A DNA stretch of 64,000 nt from Candidatus Omnitrophota bacterium (lineage in GTDB: Bacteria; Omnitrophota; Gorgyraeia; Gorgyraeales; Gorgyraeaceae): positions 22,038 through 86,037 of the forward strand of contig JBDRBM010000050.1 of NCBI GenBank assembly GCA_043822665.1, written 5' to 3'. Position numbers and translations under genes: made by a program. Of the stretch, positions 55,951 to 64,000 are shown one piece after another (the first letter of the stretch is position 1; every line of letters starts with the position of its first letter). The notes under the pieces are model-generated. The model was not told where the DNA came from, searched no databases, and saw nothing but the letters and a program-made list of their open reading frames with translations.

Positions 55951-56940
55951 TCATGGTATTTTCCTAAAGACTGTATTAGCCAAGGTTGTTTCCAGAAGTA
56001 ATATTATAAGCGCGGGCAAGAGAAGGTATCCCGCGAGTTCGGTATAATTCGCGTATTCCTTTGTCTCTATTTTCGTTTTCTCGAGCTTGCCTATGGTTTC
56101 GTAAATCTCCCTGAGGCCTTTCTCATCCTTTGCCCTGAAATACATGCCGCTTGTTTCATCCGCTATCTGTTTAAGCAATACCTCGTCTATTTCTGTATTC
56201 ATTTGCACATATCTCTTGCCAAAAATAGGGTCTTCTACTGGATAAAGCGCGCCTCCTGGCCTGCCTGCTCCTATTGTATATATCTTTATACCCAGCGCTT
56301 TCGCGGCCTTTGCCGCAGTCAAAGGGTCAATCTTACCCGCGTTATTGATCCCGTCTGTAAGGAGTATTATGACCTTGCTTTTAGCAGTAGAATCCCTGAG
56401 TCTATTCACTGAATTCGCAATCGCGGTGCCTATAGCAGTGCCGTCTTCTATCATGCCTATATGGATTTTATCAAGCAGGTTCAGCAATACCCCGTAATCA
56501 AGTGTCAGAGGACATTGTGTAAAGCTAAACCTTGAAAAGACCACCAATCCTATCCTGTCATTAAGCCTGGATTTTATAAATTCCTCCATGACCTCTTTTG
56601 CGGCGCCCAGCCTATTCTGCGGTTTAAAATCCTCTGCCTTCATGCTCCCGGATGTATCAAGTGTAAGCACAATGTCTATACCTTCTGTTATAATCTCTTC
56701 CTCTTTCTGACCCGCCTGCGGCCTGGCCATGGCAAGGATAAGAATAAAAAGCACTGTCATTCTCAGGATCATCGACGCATGCCTGTATCTGGCGCGGAAC
56801 CCAGGCCTTATGCCTTTGAACACTGATATATCTGAAAATACAATGCCTGAATCCTTGGCCAGACTACGCCTGAAATAATCCCAGACAAATAACGGGATAA
56901 CACTTAATAATACTAGGAATAATGGGTTGGCAAATCGCAT
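55951..56940 (-). CDS. BatA: VWA domain membrane protein.
   Basis: VWA MIDAS motif DTSGSM. N- and C-terminal TM segments. Confidence 0.8.
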   Translation of the reverse strand: MRFANPLFLVLLSVIPLFVWDYFRRSLAKDSGIVFSDISVFKGIRPGFRARYRHASMILRMTVLFILILAMARPQAGQKEEEIITEGIDIVLTLDTSGSMKAEDFKPQNRLGAAKEVMEEFIKSRLNDRIGLVVFSRFSFTQCPLTLDYGVLLNLLDKIHIGMIEDGTAIGTAIANSVNRLRDSTAKSKVIILLTDGINNAGKIDPLTAAKAAKALGIKIYTIGAGRPGGALYPVEDPIFGKRYVQMNTEIDEVLLKQIADETSGMYFRAKDEKGLREIYETIGKLEKTKIETKEYANYTELAGYLLLPALIILLLETTLANTVFRKIP

Positions 56941-57044
56941 ATTATGTTAATGTCAAATGACAAAGCGCAAAATTCAAAATAAATTCAAAGCACAAATAAT
57001 AAAACTAAACATTTTGGAATTTGAATTTGGCCCTTCGACGCTGC

Positions 57045-58019
57045 TCAGGGCCAATCCTGAGCGGAGTCGAAGGATTGGATTTGTTTTGTGCTTTTAATTT
57101 TGTCATTTGTCATTTTCTCCATAGATATTTCTATTATCTCTTTCGCCTTGCTGTAAATCTCCTCTATTTCCTTTTGGTCCGGTATATATTTCGCGAATTT
57201 CACAAGGTCACAATCTTCCAGAAAATCCTTGATCTTATCCGCGGGCTGTCTCTGGATCTTTTTCGCGCGCATCTCCTGACAGATCTCCCATGTAGTCATG
57301 TCCAGGGCAAATATCCTGAATCTTCCTTCAATATATTTACGCATTATATCTGAGATCTCTATGTAATACTCCTTGATCATCCCTTTTTCTATCAGTTTTT
57401 TCTCCAGCAAGGCCTGTAATTCTTCCATTGCAATATCCTCTGGCGGCCTTAACGGTATGGCAGGCATTGATTCGATACGTCTTTTTCTCTTAAAATATAT
57501 AAATCCCGAGACCGCTCCCAGCGCCAGCAGTAATAGTATAATCAGTAACAGCGCGGGAAAACCCTCTCTTATTTCAGCAGGCCCTTTGAGTGGCCTTATG
57601 TCATCTTTGTCGTTAGGGCCTTTTTTTACACTTTCGACTTTTATCTTTATCTCTTCCGAGAATATCTTTTTCTCATTACCTGCCTGGTCTTTGTATTTTA
57701 CTGTCACAGGCGGAATCGTAAAGTCGCCTGTTGTAAACGTGGTCACTATGTAAGTGGACCTGGATATCCATTTATTATCCTTGGCCTTTTTCGGTTCTTC
57801 TACGCGATAATCCTTTACCTCAAACTCTCCGAGGTTTTCGCCCATCACCTGCGGCTCCACCTCAATGCCATCGTCATATTCCACAATAACTTCATATCTA
57901 ATTCTGTCTCCGATAGTTATAGTGTCCTTATCAACCTTTACATCAAGCTTAACAGGCTCGGCAAACACGGCACTATTCGCGATTAATAAAAAGATTGCTA
58001 TCAGAAAATATTTTTTCAT
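57045..58019 (-). CDS. Bat-operon-associated membrane protein (DUF4381-like).
   Basis: Signal peptide, beta-rich N-terminal region, a single TM segment (ALLLIILLLLALGAVSGFIYF) and a cytoplasmic tail. Lies between the DUF58 and batA genes. Confidence 0.45.
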   Translation of the reverse strand: MKKYFLIAIFLLIANSAVFAEPVKLDVKVDKDTITIGDRIRYEVIVEYDDGIEVEPQVMGENLGEFEVKDYRVEEPKKAKDNKWISRSTYIVTTFTTGDFTIPPVTVKYKDQAGNEKKIFSEEIKIKVESVKKGPNDKDDIRPLKGPAEIREGFPALLLIILLLLALGAVSGFIYFKRKRRIESMPAIPLRPPEDIAMEELQALLEKKLIEKGMIKEYYIEISDIMRKYIEGRFRIFALDMTTWEICQEMRAKKIQRQPADKIKDFLEDCDLVKFAKYIPDQKEIEEIYSKAKEIIEISMEKMTNDKIKSTKQIQSFDSAQDWP

Positions 58020-58237
58020 TGTAGTTCCACTATTTTTTTACAACTTTTCTCACCCGATACAATTCTTATTTTGCCTTTCTTTATGCCGAATTTTTCTGAG
58101 AGTAATTCTATCACTCTTTTATTGGCCTTCCCGTTTTCGGGAGGGGCCAGCACTTTTATCCTATAGCGATCATCCGCTATTTTCTCTATGCCTTCCCGCT
58201 TCGCCTTCGTTATAACCTTCAGCTCTATCCTGCGCAT
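58016..58237 (-). CDS. DUF167 / YggU-family small protein.
   Basis: 73 aa with a …PENGKANKRVIELL… motif. Confidence 0.5.
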   Translation of the reverse strand: MRRIELKVITKAKREGIEKIADDRYRIKVLAPPENGKANKRVIELLSEKFGIKKGKIRIVSGEKSCKKIVELQ

Positions 58238-58292
58238 ATCTTAAATAAAATAGTGATCCACCTATCCTTCATGGCAACCTCCATCTAAAATT

Positions 58293-59171
58293 TCACCTGA
58301 ATCTCCGGGCGCGCATCTTAAAAAAAAGCATCAATGGCTTTATGTATGATTTATCCGTAGATATATCTACGGAATCCAGGCCCATTGACCTGAATGCCTT
58401 GTTGCGGGCCGCTATAAAAGCAGTTCTTCTCCTGGCAAGTTCCTGCCTTAAAAGACTGTCGCCCGTATCCAGGAAAATGTTTTTGCCTGTCTCCGCATCC
58501 TCAAATTCCAGCAGGCCTACGTCAGGGATGTCTGATTCTCTGGGATCCTGAATAGAGATACCTACAATATCGTGGCGCTTGTTGATGATACGAAGCACCT
58601 TTTCATAGCCTGAATCCATGAAGTCAGATATTAAAAATACGACTGCCTTTTTCTTCAGAACCTTGCCGAGATATTCCAGGGCTGAATTTATACTGGTCCC
58701 GCGGCCGGAAGGCTTATAGTACAATAGCTCCCTTATCACCCTTAGTACGTGCGGCCGGCCTTTTTTTGGCGCTATGAATTTCTCAACATGGTCTGTAAAA
58801 AGCAAAAGTCCCACCCTGTCATTATTTTTTATCGCGCTGAATGCCAGAAGGGCGCCTATCTCAGCCATTATCTCTGACTTCATCTTGCTAGACGAGCCAA
58901 AATAACCGGAGCCGCTCATGTCAGCCATCAATAATACCGTAAGTTCCCTCTCCTCGATAAATTTCTTAACATGCGGGCGGCCCGTGCGGGCAGTGACATT
59001 CCAGTCAATAGAGCGGATGTCGTCTCCGGGCGCGTATTCCCGTACTTCGTGAAATTCCATGCCACGGCCTTTGAATATAGACTCGTACTGGCCGGCAAAC
59101 ACGTCATTAACCAACCTGCCTGTTCTGATTTCAATTTGCCTGACTTTTTTTAATATCTCTTTGGGAATCAT
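58293..59171 (-). CDS. DUF58 family protein (MoxR partner).
   Basis: …FKGRGMEFHEVREYAPGDDIRSIDWNVTAR… signature. Confidence 0.75.
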   Translation of the reverse strand: MIPKEILKKVRQIEIRTGRLVNDVFAGQYESIFKGRGMEFHEVREYAPGDDIRSIDWNVTARTGRPHVKKFIEERELTVLLMADMSGSGYFGSSSKMKSEIMAEIGALLAFSAIKNNDRVGLLLFTDHVEKFIAPKKGRPHVLRVIRELLYYKPSGRGTSINSALEYLGKVLKKKAVVFLISDFMDSGYEKVLRIINKRHDIVGISIQDPRESDIPDVGLLEFEDAETGKNIFLDTGDSLLRQELARRRTAFIAARNKAFRSMGLDSVDISTDKSYIKPLMLFFKMRARRFR

Positions 59172-59174
59172 ACT

Positions 59175-60182
59175 CTATGGGACTTCTATTTTATCAAAGA
59201 CCTTTTTCACAATATCCTCACTGGTCAATTCTTCCGCTTCTGCCTCGTATGTTATAATAACACGATGCCGCAATACATCCATGCCCACTGCCTTTACGTC
59301 CTCAGGCGTAACATAGCCCCTTCCACAGATAAAGGCATTAGCCTTAGACGCTATATTAAGGTATATAGAGGCCCTTGGCGAAGCGCCGTATGCGATAAAG
59401 TTCTTTATATCAAGCTTATATTCTTCAGGGGTCCTTGTGGCATATATTAAATTAACGATATAGTCCTTGATCTTATCGTCCATGTAGATCTCATTGACTA
59501 CCCCCCTTGCCTTTAGTATGTCTTTGGGATTGATTATGGCGTTTACCTCGGCAGGTTCATGCCCTGCCATACGCTCCATGATCTCTTTTTCCTCTTTTTT
59601 GTCCGGATATTCTATTTTTATCTTCAACATAAAGCGGTCCATTTGCGCTTCAGGAAGAGGATATGTGCCCTCCTGCTCAATAGGGTTCTGCGTGGCGAGG
59701 ACCAAAAACGGTTCCTCGAGAGGAAAGGTATTTTCTCCTATAGTAACCTGCCTCTCCTGCATGGCTTCCAGGAGAGCGCTCTGTACTTTAGCGGGGGCCC
59801 TATTGATTTCGTCGGCAAGTATAAGATTTGAGAATATAGGGCCTTTTTTCGTGGTAAAATTGCCGTCTTTGGGATTATAGATGAGCGTACCTATTAAATC
59901 CGCCGGCAATAAGTCAGGTGTAAACTGTATTCTTTGAAATTTTGTCTGGATGCATTTGGAAAGTGTTTTGACAGCAAGTGTTTTTGCCAGGCCAGGCACG
60001 CCCTCTATCAATATGTGGCCGTTCGCGAGAAGCGCTATCAGGAGCCGTTCTGTAAGATATTTCTGGCCTATTATTACCTTTGACAATTCAGCGCTGATCT
60101 CGTGAATAAAAAGGCTGGCCTCCTTGACTTTTTCGTTTATTTCCCTGATATTCTGTCCGTATTTAGGGCTGAAATCCGGCAT
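59175..60182 (-). CDS. MoxR-family AAA+ ATPase.
   Basis: Walker A GVPGLAKT and MoxR-type sequence throughout. 335 aa. Confidence 0.9.
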   Translation of the reverse strand: MPDFSPKYGQNIREINEKVKEASLFIHEISAELSKVIIGQKYLTERLLIALLANGHILIEGVPGLAKTLAVKTLSKCIQTKFQRIQFTPDLLPADLIGTLIYNPKDGNFTTKKGPIFSNLILADEINRAPAKVQSALLEAMQERQVTIGENTFPLEEPFLVLATQNPIEQEGTYPLPEAQMDRFMLKIKIEYPDKKEEKEIMERMAGHEPAEVNAIINPKDILKARGVVNEIYMDDKIKDYIVNLIYATRTPEEYKLDIKNFIAYGASPRASIYLNIASKANAFICGRGYVTPEDVKAVGMDVLRHRVIITYEAEAEELTSEDIVKKVFDKIEVP

Positions 60183-60253
60183 GATTACCTCCTATTTGTA
60201 CATTAGCAAAGCAAACTTTACAACTACACTTGCTCTGCCCGTGGCCATAAAAA

Positions 60254-61102
60254 CTACATCTTCATGTTGTTCAATATTTCCACTCTTTTCTGTATAGGGG
60301 GATGGGTACTGAAAAGAGCTGCTATGCCTTGACCGCGCAATGGATTCACTATAAAAATATGCGCTGTGGTCGGATTGGCATTCATTGGAAATGATTTTGC
60401 GCCTTTTTCCAATTTTAAAAGCGCGTTCGCGAGGCCATTGGGCGTACCTGCTATATATGCGCCTCTTTTATCAGCCGCATATTCTCTCGACCTGGAAATA
60501 GCAAGCTGTATGAGCATTGCGGCAATCGGGGCAAGTATCAGCATAAATAAATAGCTTAAGGCATTACCATCTCTCCTGCCTCCTCCCCTGCCGCCAAAAC
60601 CTCCGAATATAGCTGCCCATCTTGCCCAGTTCGCCAGCATTGTTACAGCGCCTGCTATAGTAGCCGCAACAGTCATTATAAGAGTATCTCTATTTTTTAT
60701 GTGTGACAACTCATGCGCGATTACACCTTTCAATTCTTCGCGGTTTAAGATATTCAATATGCCTTGTGTCACGCATACTGCTGAATGACGCGGGTTGCGG
60801 CCTGTCGCGAATGCATTGGGAGAATTCTGCGGGGAGATATAGAGCCTGGGCATTGGAAGCCTGACAGAGGCTGTTAATTCTTTCACTATACCATAAAGCT
60901 CCGGCACCTCTGCTCTTGATACCTCTTTGGCGCCATACATTGAGAGGACTATCTTATCGCTGAACCAATACGCCCCTACATTCATAACCAGAGCGAACAT
61001 AAACGCGTAACCAGCGCCTGCCTGACCCCCAAAATAACCACCTATCCATACAAAAATCATGGTAAGGGCCGCCAATAACAGACCTGTTTTAATATAATTC
61101 AT
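60254..61102 (-). CDS. htpX: HtpX-like M48 zinc metalloprotease.
   Basis: HELSHIKNRD (HExxH) motif with 4 TM segments. The likely start is MNYIKTGLLLAALT at 61102; the ORF track extends to 61144. Confidence 0.85.
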   Translation of the reverse strand: MNYIKTGLLLAALTMIFVWIGGYFGGQAGAGYAFMFALVMNVGAYWFSDKIVLSMYGAKEVSRAEVPELYGIVKELTASVRLPMPRLYISPQNSPNAFATGRNPRHSAVCVTQGILNILNREELKGVIAHELSHIKNRDTLIMTVAATIAGAVTMLANWARWAAIFGGFGGRGGGRRDGNALSYLFMLILAPIAAMLIQLAISRSREYAADKRGAYIAGTPNGLANALLKLEKGAKSFPMNANPTTAHIFIVNPLRGQGIAALFSTHPPIQKRVEILNNMKM

Positions 61103-61180
61103 TATACGCACCCCCCTAAATAGAGATAGGCCTCTAAAAGACAAGGCCTATCCTGGTATTTTTCTGACTATTTTAAAGAA

Positions 61181-61402
61181 CTACTTTTTTTCTTCCTTAT
61201 CCTTTACCTCTTCTTTTTTTGCCTGGCTGGCATCCTTGATCTCGCTCACTCCCGCGAAAAATGCCGCAAAACCACCAAGCATAAGTATGACTGGCACAGA
61301 GCCCTTTAAAAGTATAATAAAATGCCACTTCCAGGCCCAGATACCCCATAATCCAAGAACAATGCATATAAGGCCGCCTAGCACCGTTACATATTTACCC
61401 AT
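61181..61402 (-). CDS. Small 2-TM membrane protein with Lys/Glu-rich tail (hypothetical).
   Basis: 73 aa, two hydrophobic helices. No recognisable family. Confidence 0.3.
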   Translation of the reverse strand: MGKYVTVLGGLICIVLGLWGIWAWKWHFIILLKGSVPVILMLGGFAAFFAGVSEIKDASQAKKEEVKDKEEKK

Positions 61403-61478
61403 ATTTTCCTCCTTTTGTAACCAATCTACTCTATTATGTTTACTAACTTTTTATACCACTTAAAATCTCTTTTGTCAA

Positions 61479-61561
61479 TAATCATTTCTTAATCATTTCT
61501 TAATCATTTCTTAATCATTTCTTAAACATAATCAAATTCTGCCCGTAATCAAATTCTGCCC
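61479..61561. repeat. Tandem repeats: (AATCATTTCTT)x4 followed by (AATCAAATTCTGCCCGTA)x2.
   Basis: Direct tandem copies in the divergent promoter region, immediately adjacent to palindrome copy 3. Confidence 0.7.
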
Positions 61562-61599
61562 GTAGGTGACCCTTAAGGGTCACCTACATTGTGGATAAG
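61562..61599. repeat. Palindrome-family copy 3 (GTAGGTGACCCTTAAGGGTCACCTAC plus shared flank ATTGTGGATAAG).
   Basis: 26-bp perfect palindrome plus a 12-nt flank identical to the 21181 copy. It sits in the divergent intergenic region 61403-61672. Confidence 0.7.
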
Positions 61600-61672
61600 T
61601 TGAATTTAAAGCTTCACACAACAATTATCCTTCCAGAAAAATTATAACTAGTGTATACTAATCTGTAACACT

Positions 61673-62467
61673 ATGAAGATGCTGATTAAATACTTACTTA
61701 CTATATGGTTTTTGACCGTTCAGGGTTTGACATATGCCGAAGAGATATCGCCCACATTTATGCCTGAAAGCGAACATAAGGAAATCATTTATGTTGATAA
61801 GGCTACTGGTGAATTACGGTCAAGATGGAATATCTCCTTGAAAAAGACATTTAAGGACAAGCGCGCAGTCTATGAAATATCATCGACTGGCAAAGGCGAC
61901 TATGACAAATATCGAGACGCCATCTGGGATGTCAAGGCGGAAATAGAGGAAAGAGGTAACCTCCTTTACCCCCTATACAGCATTGTTGCCTTAAAAAAAA
62001 CAGACGGCCTGGAAATTAAATATGAAAAACGCTTTGAATATGGTAAACAAAAGATATTTTATACTATATCGGATAGCGAAGGCAATATTATCGAAGAAAC
62101 TACATTCCCCATAAAGGGATTGACCGCTGACAGCGTTACGATGACATATATACTAAAAACATTCATAGCCTGCCGCGATGACAAGGCATACAAAGATTTT
62201 TATCTACTGTCTGATAGAGGAAAACTTTATCGGGTGACTCTTAAACTCATAGATAGAGAAATGTTAGATTTGCCTTTGGGAAGCGTGGAAGCTATTAAAT
62301 TAAGGCTAATCCCTAACCTGGGGCCGCTTACAGGCATAATCGGCTCTTTAATACCTCCGACTTTTGTCTGGTATATCGACCAGCCTCCTTATGAATGGCT
62401 GCAATACCAAGGGCTAGAAACAGGCATAGGCTCAACCCACATAAGGGCATATCTTTTCAAGAGATAA
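61673..62467 (+). CDS. Secreted hypothetical protein.
   Basis: 264 aa with N-terminal signal peptide (…LTVQGLTYAEE). No confident family call. Confidence 0.5.
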   Translation: MKMLIKYLLTIWFLTVQGLTYAEEISPTFMPESEHKEIIYVDKATGELRSRWNISLKKTFKDKRAVYEISSTGKGDYDKYRDAIWDVKAEIEERGNLLYPLYSIVALKKTDGLEIKYEKRFEYGKQKIFYTISDSEGNIIEETTFPIKGLTADSVTMTYILKTFIACRDDKAYKDFYLLSDRGKLYRVTLKLIDREMLDLPLGSVEAIKLRLIPNLGPLTGIIGSLIPPTFVWYIDQPPYEWLQYQGLETGIGSTHIRAYLFKR

Positions 62468-62504
62468 AACAATAAATTAACCCTCGCCTTCGGCTCGGGC
62501 ACTT

Positions 62505-62564
62505 GATTACACAGATTTTAACAACAGATTACACAGATTAAACCTTATTTACATCTGTGTAATC
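62505..62564. terminator. Inverted repeat in the convergent intergenic region (GATTACACAGAT x2 … ATCTGTGTAATC). Possible bidirectional terminator.
   Basis: A 12-bp arm is repeated twice directly and once inverted between the convergently transcribed 61673-62467 (+) and 62611-63096 (-) genes. Confidence 0.4.
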
Positions 62565-62570
62565 ACTTTA

Positions 62571-62605
62571 AAAAAGGAAATTCCTATACTATCAAGTTAT
62601 AACCC
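62571..62605. repeat. E-type repeat (AAAAAGGAAATTCCTATACTATCAAGTTA) immediately 3' of the ACT-domain gene.
   Basis: Best-conserved copy of the E motif. Confidence 0.6.
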
Positions 62606-62610
62606 TCGCT

Positions 62611-63096
62611 TCATACTGAATTAAGGATCCTAAACGCCTCATTGTTATCTGCTGTTGAAAGCACTATTTTGGCCGGACAGCCGCCTGAACAGGTCGTACA
62701 GTAAAGATAATCTATATTTATCCCATTTCCGGCAAGCACTTCAGAAATATTCTTCAATGTCCCGGGCCTATTTTCAAGCTCCATTACAATAACTTCCCTT
62801 TCCTCAATATCCTCATATTCATTATTAATTAACTCGTCGATTGATTTTTGATTATTATCGGTTATAAATACAAGCATGCCTTCAGTACCGGTTTGATTCG
62901 AATATCCTGCTACTGTCTCTATATTTATGCCGTGGTTTACCAAAAATGACATCATCCGAGCCAGCGCCCCAACTTCATTCCTGGTCCTTACGCTGATCTC
63001 TTTTGCTCTTACCAAGTTTCTAATCACGCGGGTCTCCTTTAAACAGTAAGAACTATTCCCAATTATTAATACCTCTTGTATCTGCTGGCAGGACAA
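62611..63096 (-). CDS. Tandem ACT-domain protein.
   Basis: Two ACT-like segments (…ISVRTRNEVGALARMMSFLVNHGINI… and …NRPGTLKNISEVLAGNGINI…). The start is uncertain; it overlaps the upstream gene by 44 nt. Confidence 0.5.
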   Translation of the reverse strand: MSCQQIQEVLIIGNSSYCLKETRVIRNLVRAKEISVRTRNEVGALARMMSFLVNHGINIETVAGYSNQTGTEGMLVFITDNNQKSIDELINNEYEDIEEREVIVMELENRPGTLKNISEVLAGNGINIDYLYCTTCSGGCPAKIVLSTADNNEAFRILNSV

Positions 63097-63979
63097 GAAC
63101 CCTTGTGCCTTTTGCGCCAGAGGTAAACTTGCCGTTCCTGGTTATATATCCTTTATTCCCTGTCATTGATTTAATATGGTCCAGTTTTTTCTGTATCTTG
63201 ACTTTTTTAAGATAAGTTTCTCTCTTTATCTCACGCATGGCTAAACGCAGTTCTTTTGGGTCGTGAAGCCTGGTGTCCAAAGCCCTATTCCAGTTAGAAA
63301 GCTTGTTAACCTCACTTTTGAGTTTAGCTATATCTTTCTTTAACGTCTCTCTTTCGCTATTAAATTTCATTCTCTCAGAGTCCAGCAGGCCTTCAGCCTG
63401 GACTAAAAGAACTTTTGCGTCATCTAACTCAACCTGCAAGGCTTTTTTCTCTTTTAGTGTAGAGTCAAAAGCTGATTTAAGCCTGGATCGTTCTTTTTCT
63501 GTATAAGAAAGCGCGGTATTTAATGAATCCTGAATAGAAGTAAAGGCCCTATTTTGAAAGATAAATAAAGCCGCCCCTCCCAGCGTAGCTATTATCAATA
63601 GAGCATAAAGGAGATACTCTTTGCAGCGCGCACGCAGCCTTTGTCTATCCATGGCTTTATCTACCCGTTTTAAGATAAAAGCCCTGTCTTGGCCGCTTAT
63701 ATCAATAAATTCAGCGCCCACCCTAAAGCCCTGCCTTACCTTCTTAGACCAGATTGGTTTAACGCACGCTGGGATTGTCAATACAGATTTCAAACGCGGA
63801 TTAGAAAACCTGAGTTCGCCTTTTATGTCAGGCAGGTTAATAATATCGACTTTACTTTTAAAGCATAATCCTCCGCGGCTTAGGTCTTCAAGAGGATATA
63901 CCCTATTATCCCCTGCCTTGTCTAAAACAAATATACTGTCTTCCTTTGCCCTGTAAGACTTTCTTCTCTCTATAATCAT
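63053..63979 (-). CDS. PilZ-domain protein with TM segment and C-terminal coiled coil.
   Basis: N-terminal RRKSYR … DLSRGGLCF c-di-GMP-binding PilZ motifs. A TM helix and a long coiled-coil follow. Confidence 0.65.
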   Translation of the reverse strand: MIIERRKSYRAKEDSIFVLDKAGDNRVYPLEDLSRGGLCFKSKVDIINLPDIKGELRFSNPRLKSVLTIPACVKPIWSKKVRQGFRVGAEFIDISGQDRAFILKRVDKAMDRQRLRARCKEYLLYALLIIATLGGAALFIFQNRAFTSIQDSLNTALSYTEKERSRLKSAFDSTLKEKKALQVELDDAKVLLVQAEGLLDSERMKFNSERETLKKDIAKLKSEVNKLSNWNRALDTRLHDPKELRLAMREIKRETYLKKVKIQKKLDHIKSMTGNKGYITRNGKFTSGAKGTRVLVLPADTRGINNWE

Positions 63980-64000
63980 ATTTACACCTTTATATATTAT

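Noticed and set aside
61479-61561. The tandem 11-nt and 18-nt repeats as a CRISPR array.
   Set aside because: The units are directly adjacent with no spacers, are far shorter than CRISPR repeats, and no cas genes are nearby.

Overview
This 64-kb window looks like an anaerobic, moderately low-GC bacterial contig (plausibly an uncultivated lineage). It is densely coded, mostly on the minus strand. Reading in genome order (genes are mostly on the minus strand, transcribed towards low coordinates), it contains:

- **1-1418:** the 3' end of an RND efflux pump gene, truncated by the window edge.
- **1982-14650:** a 17-gene membrane-bound group-4 [NiFe]-hydrogenase operon. It combines a complete Mrp-type antiporter module (MrpA/B/C/D/E/F/G-like subunits), the complex-I-like NuoB/C/D/H/I core, a HycB-like ferredoxin, a HydB/HydG (AsrA/AsrB)-like NAD(P)H/FAD module and a HycI protease. 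It has its own sigma70-like promoter and a TGTGA-N6-TCACA (CRP/FNR-type) palindrome in the 5' UTR.
- **14967-19998:** a NIL-domain ferredoxin gene and a UPF0280-family gene, followed by hypA, hypE, hypD, hypC and a hypF encoding only the C-terminal Kae1-like half.
- **20082-21116:** a MetE-C-terminal-like methyltransferase gene.
- **21559-25327:** a biotin operon in the order bioB, a saccharopine-dehydrogenase-like gene, bioF, bioD. There is no bioA, so the middle gene is a BioU candidate. A LacI-family regulator gene lies upstream.
- **26591-39242:** a type IV pilus / type II secretion-like block:
  - two tandem secretins;
  - PilP-like and PilO-like proteins and a PilM-PilN fusion;
  - a small HTH protein and a 607-aa secreted beta-rich protein;
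  - a 1036-aa GspK/PilX-like minor pseudopilin that carries three internal repeats of a novel module.
- **40170-51212:** gpmA, a methyltransferase gene, a GT39-like and a GT9 (heptosyltransferase) glycosyltransferase gene, dcd, and a 2018-aa class II ribonucleotide reductase (NrdJ) gene interrupted by three LAGLIDADG inteins.
- **51333-61102:** a complete MoxR-DUF58-BatA-BatB-BatC-BatD-BatE aerotolerance-type operon, then htpX.
- **62611-63979:** an ACT-domain gene and a PilZ-domain gene.

The non-coding DNA carries several repeat families: a dispersed ~60-100-bp composite hairpin repeat (3-5 copies), a family of perfect 26-40-bp palindromes (3 copies), and short tandem repeats sitting in the intercistronic spacers of operons.

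Coordinates of non-CDS elements were read by eye and may be off by 1-2 nt.
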